A DNA stretch of 64,000 nt. Origin: an uncultured Clostridia bacterium (GTDB lineage: Bacteria; Bacillota; Clostridia; Oscillospirales; JAAYOS01). Location: assembly GCA_947593925.1 (NCBI GenBank), contig CANQDU010000007.1, positions 18,408 to 82,407 of the forward strand, written 5' to 3'. The notes under the pieces are model-generated. The model was given only the letters and a program-made list of their open reading frames with translations. It had not been told where the DNA came from and made no database searches. The position numbers were made by a program, and so were the translations under genes. This document shows positions 15,873 through 25,524 of this stretch, piece after piece. Numbering within the stretch: position 1 is the first letter of the stretch; each line of letters starts with the position of its first letter.

Positions 15873-18041
15873 TCACATCCTCTCCTGATCCTCTTCGGAT
15901 ATGTGCGCCGACGTGAACTGGCTCTGCCACAGGTCGGCGTAGAAGCCGTTTGCGGCAAGCAGGCTCTCGTGCGTGCCCTGCTCCACGATGGTGCCGTGGT
16001 TCATGACGAGTATCAGGTCCGCGCCGCGTATCGTCGAGAGGCGGTGCGCTATGACAAAGCTCGTACGGTTCTTCATCAGCTCGTTCATCGCGGTCTGAAT
16101 GAGGACCTCGGTCCGGGTATCGACCGAGCTCGTCGCCTCGTCGAGAATGAGTATCTCCGGGTCGGCGAGGAACGCGCGCGCTATCGTGAGCAGCTGGCGC
16201 TGTCCCTGCGAGATGTTCGAGGCCTCCTCGTTTATCTCGGTATTGTAGCCGTCCGGAAGTGTGCGGATGAAGTGGTCGGCGCGCGCCGCGCGGCTCGCCG
16301 CGACTATCTGCTCGTCGGTGGCGTCCGGGCGTCCGTAGGCTATGTTGTCGCGGATGCTTCCGCGGAAGAGCCATGTGTCCTGAAGCACCATGCCGAACAT
16401 CGAGCGGAGATTGCTCCGCGGCATGTCGCGGATGTCCACGCCGTCCACGGTGATGCCGCCGCCCTCGACGGGATAGCTGTGTCCCGCGATGTTCACCGCG
16501 CCGTCCTGCACCTTGTAGACCGTGCCGTTTATCTTCACCTCGCCGCCCGAGACGGGGTAGCTGCTGCCGTCAACGGTGACGGTGCGGCTCCCGTTCACGT
16601 CGTAGAAGCGCATGAGGAGGTTGACAAGCGTGGTCTTGCCCGCGCCGGTAGGACCGACTATAGCTATCGTCTCGCCGGGGTGGACGTCTATGGACATGTC
16701 CTCCATGAGGACGTTGTCCTCGGTGTAGCCGAAGCGGACGTGCTCGAACTTAACGGCGCCCTGCGGCTTCTCGATGGTGATGGCGTTCGGGATGTCCGCC
16801 GGCTCCTCGACCTGGTCAAGTATCTCGAAGATACGCTCCGCCGAGGCTATGGTGGACTGGAGGGTGTTCGCTATCGACGAAGTCTGCTGTATCGGCTGGT
16901 TGAACTGGCGGACGTACTGCGTGAACGACTGTATCTCGCCGATGCCGGGGAGCATACCGTTCGACACGAGCATACCGCCTATGACGCAGACGAGGACGTA
17001 GCCGGTGTTGCCGAGCATTCGGCTGATAGGCATTATCATGCCGGAGATGAACTGCGCGCTCACCGAGTAGGTGTAGTAGCGGTCGTTTATCTCGTCGAAT
17101 TCCTCGATGCTCTCTTCCTCGCGGCCGTAGGCCTGAACTATCTTGTGGCCGGTGAACATCTCCTCGACGTGACCGTTGATGTCGCCGAGAGCCGCCTGCT
17201 GGCCGACGAAGTATCTCTGGCTCTTGGGCGCTATGACGTAGACGACGAGGATGTAGAACGGCGTGATGCAGAGCACGACGAGGGTGAGTATCCAGCTTAT
17301 CGTGAGCATCATCGCGAGGACGCCCACGAGGGTTATCACCGACGATATTATCTGCGTCATCGACTGCTGGAGAGTGTTCGAGACATTGTCGATGTCGTTT
17401 GTGACGCGGCTCAGTATCTCGCCGTGGGTGTTCTGGTCGAAGTACTTGAGCGGGAGCTTGGAGAGCTTCGCATCGACGTCGCTGCGCATCGTGCGGACGA
17501 GGCGCTGGGAGACGCCTATCGCCGTCCACTGCTGGATAAACGAGAAGAGCGACGACGCGACGTATATCGCACCGAGAATGAGTATCCACCGAAGCAGCGC
17601 CTTGGTGTCAAGCGTGCCGGTGCGGAACGCGCGGTCGATGACGTTTATCGCGAGACCCTGCACTCTCGGCGAGAAGATGTTCGCTATCGACGAGAGTACG
17701 CAGAGCACCGCCACGAGCAGAAGCGCCCACTTGAACTTTCCGATGTAGACTATCGAGCGCTTGAGGCTTCCCTTGAAGTCCTTCGCCTTCTCGCCGGGCA
17801 TTCCGGGACGGCCGGGCGGGCCTCCTCCGGGCCCTCCGCGCCGCATCGGACGGCGCGCGCCGGGCTTCTGCGCGTACTTGGACTGGACGACTATCGGGTT
17901 GCCCTTTTTGTCGCGGAGCACGGCGGGCGCGCCCTGCGGGATGTTCTTGGGGTCGAAGCCCTTCGGCGCCTTCTTCGGGTCGAAGTTCTTCGGCATGTTC
18001 TTCGGGTCAAAGCCCTTGGGAGGTGTGTTGTTGCTGTTCAT
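15873..18041 (-). CDS. ABC exporter, fused permease/ATPase (heterodimer subunit), with an N-terminal low-complexity extension and an insertion in the NBD
   Basis: 722 aa with a six-helix TMD. Walker A GPTGAGKTT, signature ISQGQRQLL and Walker B ILILDEATS. The N-terminal ...GGPGGGPPGRPGMPGEKAKDFKGSLKR leader is typical of this exporter type. Confidence 0.9.
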   Translation of the reverse strand: MNSNNTPPKGFDPKNMPKNFDPKKAPKGFDPKNIPQGAPAVLRDKKGNPIVVQSKYAQKPGARRPMRRGGPGGGPPGRPGMPGEKAKDFKGSLKRSIVYIGKFKWALLLVAVLCVLSSIANIFSPRVQGLAINVIDRAFRTGTLDTKALLRWILILGAIYVASSLFSFIQQWTAIGVSQRLVRTMRSDVDAKLSKLPLKYFDQNTHGEILSRVTNDIDNVSNTLQQSMTQIISSVITLVGVLAMMLTISWILTLVVLCITPFYILVVYVIAPKSQRYFVGQQAALGDINGHVEEMFTGHKIVQAYGREEESIEEFDEINDRYYTYSVSAQFISGMIMPISRMLGNTGYVLVCVIGGMLVSNGMLPGIGEIQSFTQYVRQFNQPIQQTSSIANTLQSTIASAERIFEILDQVEEPADIPNAITIEKPQGAVKFEHVRFGYTEDNVLMEDMSIDVHPGETIAIVGPTGAGKTTLVNLLMRFYDVNGSRTVTVDGSSYPVSGGEVKINGTVYKVQDGAVNIAGHSYPVEGGGITVDGVDIRDMPRSNLRSMFGMVLQDTWLFRGSIRDNIAYGRPDATDEQIVAASRAARADHFIRTLPDGYNTEINEEASNISQGQRQLLTIARAFLADPEILILDEATSSVDTRTEVLIQTAMNELMKNRTSFVIAHRLSTIRGADLILVMNHGTIVEQGTHESLLAANGFYADLWQSQFTSAHISEEDQERM

Positions 18042-19792
18042 GCTATATCCTCCTCCTTGAGCTGGCTTGCGACGATCTCGCGGTAGACCTGGCAGGATTC
18101 CATCAGCTCGGAATGCTTTCCGATGCCGACGAGCTTGCCCTCGTCGAGGACGAGTATGCGGTCGGCCGACATGACGGTGCTGACGCGCTGCGCGACGATG
18201 AGCACCGTGCTCTCACGCGAGACGGGCCGCAGCGCCTCGCGCAGCGCGGCGTCGGTCTTGAAGTCGAGCGCTGAGAAGCTGTCGTCAAAGATGTATATTT
18301 CGGGACGGCGGACGAGCGCGCGCGCTATCGAAATGCGCTGCTTCTGACCGCCGGAGACGTTCGTCGCGTCCTGCGCGAGCATCGAGTCGAAGCCCTCCGG
18401 CATTGCCTCGATGAAGTCGAGCGCCTGAGCTATCCGCGCGGCGTCGCGGACCTCCTCGTCGGTGGCGTCCGGCTTGCCGTAGCGGATGTTCTCGGATATA
18501 GAGCCGGTGAAGAGCAGAGCCTTCTGCGGGATGTAGCCGATGCGGCCGCGAAGGTCGTTCTTCCGCATGTCGCGGACGTCCACGCCGTCCACCTTCACCG
18601 AGCCCTCCGCCACGTCGTAGAAGCGCGGTATAAGGTTGATGAGCGTGCTCTTGCCCGAGCCGGTGGAGCCGATTATGGCGACCGTCTCGCCCGGGTCGGC
18701 GGTAAATGTTATGTCCTCGAGAACGGCGTTCTCCGCGCCGGGATAGCGGAAGGTGACGTGGTCGAACGTGACCTTGCCGTGTATCTTCTCGGAGGGGGTG
18801 ATGGGCTTTGCCGGGTCGTCGATGCTCGGATTTTCCTCGAGGACGGCGCCGATACGGTTTATCGACACCATGGCGCGCGGGATCATCGTGAACATCATCG
18901 AGGCCATCATCACGCTCATGAGTATCTGCATGAGGTACTGCGTGAACGCCATCAGGTCGCCGGCGGAGATATTTCCCTCGGCCGCTCTCCAGCCGCCGAA
19001 CCACAGGACTGCCAGCGCCGCGCCGTTGAAGATGAGCATGTTGAGCGGCTGCATGAGCGTCATGCGGTGCATGGCCTTCAATGAGGTCTCGGTGAGGTCG
19101 TAGTTCGCGTCGTCAAAGCGCTTGCGCTCGCGGTCTACGTTGTTGAACGCGCGGATGACGCGCATGCCGGAGAGCTTCTCGCGGAGCACGCGGTTGAGCG
19201 TGTCCAGCTTCGTCTGCATGACCTTGAAGAGCGGGGTCGTGACCTTGATGTTCAGCACGACGACGAGGGCGAGCAGCGGCATGGCTATCGCGACTATCCA
19301 CGCGAGGCTCGGCGCCTTCGTCACCGCCATGATGATGCCGCCGATGAGGTTCAGAGGCATGTTGACCATCATGCGCAGGCCGAAGGAGAGCATCATCTGG
19401 ACCTGTCCGACGTCGTTTGTCGTACGGGTGATGAGCGACGAGGTGCCGAACTTGTCAACCTCGTGCAGAGAGTAGCTGCTGACCTTGCGGAAGACGTCGC
19501 CGCGCAGGTCGCGCCCGAAGCCCATCGAGGAGCGGGCGGCGATGTAGTTCGCGCCGAAGTCGGTAAGCGACACGAGCAGGCTCGTGAGGAGCATGTACGC
19601 GCCGATGCGTATTATCGTGCCGGTGTCGCCGACTACCTCGCCCGCCGCGTTCGTCGCGCCGATGCCCTTGTTGACGATGTCGCTCATCAGGCTCGGCAGG
19701 TAGAGCTCGAACATTGCCGAGGCGAAGAGCAGCACCAGCGTCAGAAAGACGAGCAGCCGGTAGGGCTTGAGTTTGTGAAGAATGAGTCGCAA
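18038..19792 (-). CDS. ABC exporter, fused permease/ATPase (heterodimer partner)
   Basis: 584 aa. Walker A GSTGSGKST, signature VSGGQKQRI and Walker B IYIFDDSFS. The stop overlaps the downstream partner's start by 4 nt. Confidence 0.9.
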   Translation of the reverse strand: MRLILHKLKPYRLLVFLTLVLLFASAMFELYLPSLMSDIVNKGIGATNAAGEVVGDTGTIIRIGAYMLLTSLLVSLTDFGANYIAARSSMGFGRDLRGDVFRKVSSYSLHEVDKFGTSSLITRTTNDVGQVQMMLSFGLRMMVNMPLNLIGGIIMAVTKAPSLAWIVAIAMPLLALVVVLNIKVTTPLFKVMQTKLDTLNRVLREKLSGMRVIRAFNNVDRERKRFDDANYDLTETSLKAMHRMTLMQPLNMLIFNGAALAVLWFGGWRAAEGNISAGDLMAFTQYLMQILMSVMMASMMFTMIPRAMVSINRIGAVLEENPSIDDPAKPITPSEKIHGKVTFDHVTFRYPGAENAVLEDITFTADPGETVAIIGSTGSGKSTLINLIPRFYDVAEGSVKVDGVDVRDMRKNDLRGRIGYIPQKALLFTGSISENIRYGKPDATDEEVRDAARIAQALDFIEAMPEGFDSMLAQDATNVSGGQKQRISIARALVRRPEIYIFDDSFSALDFKTDAALREALRPVSRESTVLIVAQRVSTVMSADRILVLDEGKLVGIGKHSELMESCQVYREIVASQLKEEDIA

Positions 19793-19812
19793 AAATCGTC
19801 ACTCCTTTTAAA

Positions 19813-20331
19813 TCAGTCCGAATACTGTTTTTCTTTTTCGTTGAAGAACTCGCAGGTCTTTGCGATGAGCTCCGCGAGCTTTTCCGCGTCCCCGCCGCCG
19901 AGGTATCCGGCAAACTCGCGGAAGTTCTGCAGGAGCACGTCCCGATGTCCCTCCAGCGTTGAGTTCCCGAGCTCGGTGAGGGCGATGTGCACCTCGCGCT
20001 TGTCCTTCGGGGACTGCTCGCGCAGGACGAGCCCGCGGCCCTCAAGCGAGTTGATGTGCTGGGTTATCGTGGGCGAGCTCACGCGGAGCATGCGGCTGAG
20101 GTCTCGCACCCGTATCGGGTGACCGGTGTGCTCGCTGCCGCGGACGGCGAAGAGTATCCGCGTCTCCGCGTTCGTGAGGCCGGGGGCGGGGACCTTCATC
20201 CACGGCGTGTGCATCAGCCGGAAGAACAGGCTGACAAGCCTCAGCTCGACCGGCTCGGACGGGTCGGGCATAGGCGGCTCGGGCGGACGTTTGCCGTCCG
20301 GCGCGGGGGGTTCGGGGAAGGGCTGTCTCAC
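19813..20331 (-). CDS. MarR family transcriptional regulator
   Basis: 172 aa. Winged-HTH region IRVRDLSRMLRVSSPTITQHINSLEGRGLVLREQSPKDKREVHIALTELG. GTG start with AAGGAGG 11 nt upstream. It is the first gene of the operon with the two ABC exporters. Confidence 0.85.
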   Translation of the reverse strand: MRQPFPEPPAPDGKRPPEPPMPDPSEPVELRLVSLFFRLMHTPWMKVPAPGLTNAETRILFAVRGSEHTGHPIRVRDLSRMLRVSSPTITQHINSLEGRGLVLREQSPKDKREVHIALTELGNSTLEGHRDVLLQNFREFAGYLGGGDAEKLAELIAKTCEFFNEKEKQYSD

Positions 20332-20381
20332 TATTGTTGGATCCTCCTTTCCGAATTGTTAGGAAACCTATTATTTTGACT

Positions 20382-20418
20382 ACCTACTTATTTTAGTAGG
20401 TTGCTTACCTAATGTCAA
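20382..20418 (-). promoter_or_regulatory. Promoter of the marR/ABC exporter operon with an overlapping palindromic operator candidate
   Basis: The minus strand reads TTGACA-17 nt-TAAAAT (-35 at 20413..20418, -10 at 20390..20395). The inverted repeat ACCTACT-6 nt-AGTAGGT (20382..20401) spans the -10. Confidence 0.55.
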
Positions 20419-20526
20419 GAACTTTTTCAAAATATTTCAGATTTGGCGATACGCACTAAAACAGGAGTGTCAAGATATGTACTTCTGCGCGATTTGACGG
20501 AGCTGTGCGTCGGAAGATGCGCACCC

Positions 20527-20554
20527 TTGCAAAACGCGCAAAACATGATACAAT
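20527..20554 (+). promoter_or_regulatory. Putative hflX promoter
   Basis: TTGCAA-16 nt-TACAAT with an extended -10 TG (TGaTACAAT). Confidence 0.45.
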
Positions 20555-20680
20555 AGCTATGTATTTCTGTTTGAATTAAGTATAAACGCGGAAAAGAAGT
20601 ACGTCCACGACATATCATACGGTTTTTGTTGTGTTTATGCCAAACGGGGAGAACAGCTGCTCCCGCGATAAGGAGACTCT

Positions 20681-21937
20681 ATGGAAGAAACAAGGGAAAA
20701 AGAAGTTGAGCGCGCCGTGCTCGTCGGTCTCGACTGCCCGCTCCTTGAGCATGACAGCTCGGACTACGAGAGCATGGAGGAGCTTGCCCTGCTGCTCGAG
20801 GCGGCGGGCGGGGAGTGCGTCGGCTCGGTGCTGCAAAGGCGTCCCGCGCCGGACGCCGCGACGTTTATCGGCGAGGGCAAGGCGGAGGAGATAAAGAAGC
20901 TCGCGGAGGAGAACGGCGCGGAGCTCGTCATCTTTGACAACGAGCTGTCCCCGAGCCAGCTTCGGAACCTCTCGAAGGCGCTCGACACGACCGTCCTCGA
21001 CCGTCCCGCGCTGATACTCGACATCTTTGCCGGCCGAGCCCGCACGAGCGAGGGACGGCTCCAGGTCGAGCTCGCGCAGTACCGATATATGCTGTCCAAA
21101 CTCTCGGGACTCGGCACGGCGATGAGCCGCCTCGGCGGCGGAATAGGCACGCGCGGCCCGGGCGAGAGCAAGCTCGAGAGCGACCGGCGGCACATCCGCC
21201 GGAGGATAGCGCACCTCGAGGAGGAGTTCGAGCGCGTCCGCCGCGTGCGCGGCACACAGCGCGAGCGGCGGGTGAAGAGCGGCGTGCCGACGGTGGCGAT
21301 AGTCGGCTACACGAACGCGGGGAAGTCAACGCTCCTCGGCGCGCTCTGCGGCGGCGTCGCCGGCAGGGACAGGCTCTTTGACACCCTCGACCCGACGACG
21401 CGCGCCTACACCGCGCCGGACGGGTTCAGGCTGATATTTTCGGACACGGTCGGGTTCGTGCGGAAGCTGCCGCACACGCTTGTCGAGGCGTTCAAGGCGA
21501 CGCTCGAGGAGCTTGAGTATGCGGACGCCATACTTCATGTGATAGACTACTCCTCGCCCGAGTGGGAGCGGCAGGCGGAGGTCACCGAGTCGCTTATAGA
21601 GGAGCTCGGGGCGGCGGCAACGCCGAGGATACGGGTCTTCAACAAGATGGACCTCTGCGCGGAACCCGCGCCGCTCCGCGAAAACGACGTCGCGATATCC
21701 GCGGCGAAGGGCGAGGGTCTGGACAGGCTCACAGCGTCTCTGCGGGCGGCGCTCGCGAAGCCGAAGCGCCCGGTGACGTTTGCGCTCGAATACTCGCAGC
21801 TCGCTCTTGTCGAGTGGCTGCGCGAAAGAGCCGGGGCGGTCGAGGTCGAGTACGAGCCGGGAACGGTGACGGTTCGGGCGGAGTGCGACGAGCTGACGGT
21901 GCAGTATCTCAAAAGCAGGGGAGCGGTCGAGAAATGA
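20681..21937 (+). CDS. hflX: GTPase HflX
   Basis: 418 aa. Contains the HflX N-domain motif GRLQVELAQ...SRLGGGIGTRGPGESKLE, the G1 motif GYTNAGKST and DTVGF. Confidence 0.9.
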   Translation: MEETREKEVERAVLVGLDCPLLEHDSSDYESMEELALLLEAAGGECVGSVLQRRPAPDAATFIGEGKAEEIKKLAEENGAELVIFDNELSPSQLRNLSKALDTTVLDRPALILDIFAGRARTSEGRLQVELAQYRYMLSKLSGLGTAMSRLGGGIGTRGPGESKLESDRRHIRRRIAHLEEEFERVRRVRGTQRERRVKSGVPTVAIVGYTNAGKSTLLGALCGGVAGRDRLFDTLDPTTRAYTAPDGFRLIFSDTVGFVRKLPHTLVEAFKATLEELEYADAILHVIDYSSPEWERQAEVTESLIEELGAAATPRIRVFNKMDLCAEPAPLRENDVAISAAKGEGLDRLTASLRAALAKPKRPVTFALEYSQLALVEWLRERAGAVEVEYEPGTVTVRAECDELTVQYLKSRGAVEK

Positions 21938-22566
21938 ACGACGAATATCTTGTGCCGTTCCTCGAGCACGCGGAGGACGAGTTTACAGAGAAGCGCTCGC
22001 GGTTTGTCGGCAGGCTCTGGCGCGTCGAGAGCGAGGCGGAGGCGCAGGAGATAATCGCCGAGACGAAGAAGAAATTCTGGGACGCCTCGCACAACGTCTC
22101 GGCGTGGTCGCTTGCGGGCGGCGTCACCCGCTGTTCGGACGACGGCGAGCCCTCCGGCACGGCGGGGCGTCCGGTGCTCGAAGTCCTCACGCGCGAGGGT
22201 GTGACGAACTGTCTCTGCATCGTGACGCGGTACTTCGGCGGCATACTTCTAGGCGCGGGCGGACTCATCCGCGCCTACGCGCGCGGCGCAAAGATAGCGC
22301 TCGACGCGGCGGGCGTCGCCGCGATGAAGAAGGTGAGCGTCTACTCCACGCGCGTTGACTACACCTTCTTCGAACGGATGCGCCTCGAGATCGAGGCCGC
22401 CGGCGGCGGGCTCGACGGCACGGAGTACACCGACGCCGTCACCATGGATTACTGGATACCCGGCGGGGAGGAGGAGCGGTTCCGCCTCCGCGCCGTCGAG
22501 CTGACGGCGGGGGCGGTCGATCCGCGCCCTTGCGGCGAGCGGCGGCGCGCGGTGAGGATAAGGTAG
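21934..22566 (+). CDS. yigZ: YigZ / IMPACT family protein (UPF0029)
   Basis: The start is the ATG at 21934 (MNDEYLVPF...), inside track ORF 21562..22566, and forms an ATGA overlap with the hflX stop. Motifs KRSRFVG, ASHNVSAW and DDGEPSGTAGRPVL. Confidence 0.85.
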   Translation: MNDEYLVPFLEHAEDEFTEKRSRFVGRLWRVESEAEAQEIIAETKKKFWDASHNVSAWSLAGGVTRCSDDGEPSGTAGRPVLEVLTREGVTNCLCIVTRYFGGILLGAGGLIRAYARGAKIALDAAGVAAMKKVSVYSTRVDYTFFERMRLEIEAAGGGLDGTEYTDAVTMDYWIPGGEEERFRLRAVELTAGAVDPRPCGERRRAVRIR

Positions 22567-22678
22567 CGCTTTCGGAGGACACGTCGGCGCCGCGAAAAAG
22601 GTCGGATTTTTTTGCGGCAAAAAAGAGTGTTTTGGTAAGCGGGCGGCGTAATATATAGTAGGACGGAGATGATGCGCC

Positions 22679-23683
22679 ATGACCCTGAGAGAGCACTATG
22701 AGGAGCTGGAGCGCGCGACGCTTGCGGACTACGCGACGCTTGCCGCGAACTCCGCCGGCAGAGCGCGGGAGGAGGAGCCGTGCCCGATACGCACCTGCTT
22801 CCAGCGCGACATTGACAGGGTGATACATTCAAAGGCTTTCCGGCGCCTCAAGCACAAGACGCAGGTCTTCCTGCGCCCGGAGGGCGACCACTACCGCACC
22901 CGCCTCACGCACACGCTGGAGGTCGCGCGGATAGCGCGCACCATCGTGCGCGGTCTGCGGCTCAACGAGGATCTTGTCGAAGCGCAGGCGCTCGCGCACG
23001 ACCTCGGACACACGCCGTTCGGCCACGCCGGGGAGTACGCCCTCGACGAGGTAGTGCCCGGAGGGTTTGCCCACAACGAGCAGTCCGCACGCGTTGTGGA
23101 GATACTCGAGCGGAACGGGAAGGGCCTGAACCTCTCGGCAGAGGTCGTGGATGGCGCGCTCTGCCACAGCGGAGACGCCGAGGCGATGACGCCGGAGGGT
23201 CGCGTACTGAAGTTTGCGGACAGGATAGCCTACATAAACCACGATATTGACGACGCGATACGCGCCGGCATCCTCCGCGGGGAGGACATACCGAAGCGCC
23301 TGCGCGACACGCTCGGCGAGACTTACAGCGAGCGGATAAATACGATGGTCCTCGACGTCATACTCTCAAGCGACGGAGGGGAGATACGCATGAGCGATAC
23401 GGTCGGTCCCGCCATGAACGAGCTGCGCGACTTCATGTTCGAGCGAGTCTACCGCAACCCCACGGCGAAGGGCGAGGAGGGCAAGGCCAAGGAGATGCTG
23501 AAGATGCTCTACGGCTACTATGCGGAGCACCCGGAGGCACTTCCCGAGGACGACCGATATCTCGTCGAAGAATACGGCGCGGAGCGCGCGGCGGCGGACT
23601 ACATCTCCGGCATGACCGACAATTACGCTGTCGAACGCTTCACGGAGCTGTTTATACCCTATGGGTGGACAAAGCACAGCTGA
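22679..23683 (+). CDS. dGTP triphosphohydrolase-like HD-domain protein
   Basis: 334 aa. Motifs RDIDRVIHSKAFRRLKHKTQVF, RLTHTLEV and HDLGHTPFGH. Confidence 0.85.
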   Translation: MTLREHYEELERATLADYATLAANSAGRAREEEPCPIRTCFQRDIDRVIHSKAFRRLKHKTQVFLRPEGDHYRTRLTHTLEVARIARTIVRGLRLNEDLVEAQALAHDLGHTPFGHAGEYALDEVVPGGFAHNEQSARVVEILERNGKGLNLSAEVVDGALCHSGDAEAMTPEGRVLKFADRIAYINHDIDDAIRAGILRGEDIPKRLRDTLGETYSERINTMVLDVILSSDGGEIRMSDTVGPAMNELRDFMFERVYRNPTAKGEEGKAKEMLKMLYGYYAEHPEALPEDDRYLVEEYGAERAAADYISGMTDNYAVERFTELFIPYGWTKHS

Positions 23684-23778
23684 AACAGCTTGCATTTTCC
23701 CGCAAATGGCGGGTTATGAATATTTTTCCGCCGTGTTGGGGATTATTGTAACGCACGGCGGAAGGAAAGGAGGACAGG

Positions 23779-25524
23779 GTGCCGATACCTCAGTCGTTTT
23801 TGGACGAGCTCGTTGAGCGGAGCGACATCGTTGACGTCGTGAGCGAATATGTCGAACTGAAGCAGAAGGGCACAAATCTGTTTGGACTCTGTCCCTTCCA
23901 CTCGGAAAAGACGCCGTCCTTCTCGGTAAACCGCGACAAGCAGATATTCCACTGCTTCGGCTGCGGCGAGGGAGGCGGAGTCATAACCTTTATAATGAAG
24001 GCGGAAAATCTCGGGTTCGTGGACGCCGTGAAGCACCTTGCGGCGCGGGTCGGCATGACCGTCCCCGAGGATGGGGACGCCGACACGTCGAAGCGGCGCG
24101 CGCAGGTACTCGCGCTCAATAAGGAAGCGGCGCGCCGCTTCCACGCGAACCTCTACTCTCCGGGCGGCCGGCGGGGACTTGAGTATTTCTACTCGCGCGG
24201 CCTCACCGACAGGACGATAAGGCGCTTCGGCCTCGGATGGGCGCCGGACAGCTGGGACGACCTTCTCGGCGGGATAAAGGGCTACGAGAAGTCGCTCTTT
24301 CTCGAGGCGGGGCTCGCCGTCGCGAACAGGAAGGGCGGGCTCTACGACAGGTTCCGCGGCCGGGTTATGTTCCCGATAATCGACCTCCGGGGAGAGGTCA
24401 TAGGCTTCGGAGGGCGGGTGCTTGACGACTCGCAGCCGAAGTATTTGAACAGCCCGGAGACGATAGCGTTCTCGAAGAGCCGCAACCTCTTTGCGATGAA
24501 CCTCGCAAAGAAATCGACCTATCCCGCGATGATACTCGCCGAAGGGTATATGGACGTGATAAGCCTCCACCAGGCGGGATTTTCGAGCGCGGTCGCGTCA
24601 CTCGGCACGGCGCTCACCGACGCGCAGGCGCGGCTCATCTCGCGCTACAAGCAGGAGGCGGTGATAGCCTACGACATGGACGCCGCGGGACGCGGCGCCG
24701 CGGAGCGGGCGATAAAGCTCCTCGAGGACGCGGGCATCAAGGTGAAGCTCATAGACATGGCGGGCGCGAAGGACCCGGACGAGTTCATCAAGCGGTTCGG
24801 GGCGGACGCGCTCTCGGCGCGGCTCACGCAGTCGGAGGGGCACATCGAGTACCGCTTCGGCACGCTCCGAGGGAAGTACGACCTCTCAAGCGACGAGGGG
24901 AGGATAAGCTTCCTTCATGAAGCGGCGGCGATGCTCGCGGAGCTTTCAAGCCCCGCCGAGCGCGCGGTGTACAGCTCGCGCGTGGCGGAGCTCGCGGGAG
25001 TTAGGGCGGAGGCCGTCGCCGACGAGGTGGCGATCGCGCGGAAGAAAAAGGCCGGCAAGGAACGCTCGGCGGAGCGGCGGCGGGAGCTCAATCCCGTGGC
25101 CGCAATGCAGCCGAAGGAGCGCGAGGTGCGGTATTCGGACACGAAGTCGGCCCGCGCGGAGGAGGGGCTCATCCGATGTATGTATTCGGACGGAGAGCTG
25201 CTCCGAAAGGCGCGTGAGGCTCTGCCGCCGGAGCATTTCAGCTCGGAGACGCTCGCGAAGGCGTATTCCGCGATGCTCGAAGCGGCGGACGAGGGCAGAG
25301 CGCTTTCGCCCGCGATATTCGAGGGCAGGCTGACGCCGGCGGAGCTGTCGCTTGTCATGAAGGTCTTGATGGATCCGGAGCCGGGCGGCGAGGCGGCGTT
25401 TTCAAGTTACATAGAGGTCGTGCGCGCGGGGTACGAGCAAAGACAGGAGCCGGACGGTCTCGTGGAAAGATGGCAGAAGTTGAAAAAGACAAAGGGCTGG
25501 GAGGATAAAGAAGATGGCGAGTAA
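23779..25524 (+). CDS. dnaG: DNA primase
   Basis: 581 aa, GTG start. Zinc ribbon [29 protein letters not shown] and a Toprim region ([16 protein letters not shown]). Confidence 0.95.
   Translation: MPIPQSFLDELVERSDIVDVVSEYVELKQKGTNLFGLCPFHSEKTPSFSVNRDKQIFHCFGCGEGGGVITFIMKAENLGFVDAVKHLAARVGMTVPEDGDADTSKRRAQVLALNKEAARRFHANLYSPGGRRGLEYFYSRGLTDRTIRRFGLGWAPDSWDDLLGGIKGYEKSLFLEAGLAVANRKGGLYDRFRGRVMFPIIDLRGEVIGFGGRVLDDSQPKYLNSPETIAFSKSRNLFAMNLAKKSTYPAMILAEGYMDVISLHQAGFSSAVASLGTALTDAQARLISRYKQEAVIAYDMDAAGRGAAERAIKLLEDAGIKVKLIDMAGAKDPDEFIKRFGADALSARLTQSEGHIEYRFGTLRGKYDLSSDEGRISFLHEAAAMLAELSSPAERAVYSSRVAELAGVRAEAVADEVAIARKKKAGKERSAERRRELNPVAAMQPKEREVRYSDTKSARAEEGLIRCMYSDGELLRKAREALPPEHFSSETLAKAYSAMLEAADEGRALSPAIFEGRLTPAELSLVMKVLMDPEPGGEAAFSSYIEVVRAGYEQRQEPDGLVERWQKLKKTKGWEDKEDGE

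Noticed and set aside
15417-18086. An 889-aa plus-strand ORF, and similar long antisense ORFs: 42299..44125, 43828..45669, 53501..55885, 60892..62802, 37614..39770, 28800..30080, 25355..26758, 62661..63965, 9389..10708
   Set aside because: Each lies opposite a gene with strong family motifs. None has a recognisable domain or RBS, and all show the same low-complexity Arg/Ala-rich shadow composition. I treat them as artefacts of high GC3 codon bias.
20559-20680. Mini-ORF ATG TAT TTC TGT TTG AAT TAA (MYFCLN) in the hflX leader, considered as an antibiotic-responsive attenuation leader like those reported for resistance-type HflX
   Set aside because: The ATG coincides with or precedes the predicted transcription start and has no RBS. 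No terminator hairpin with a U tract follows in the leader.
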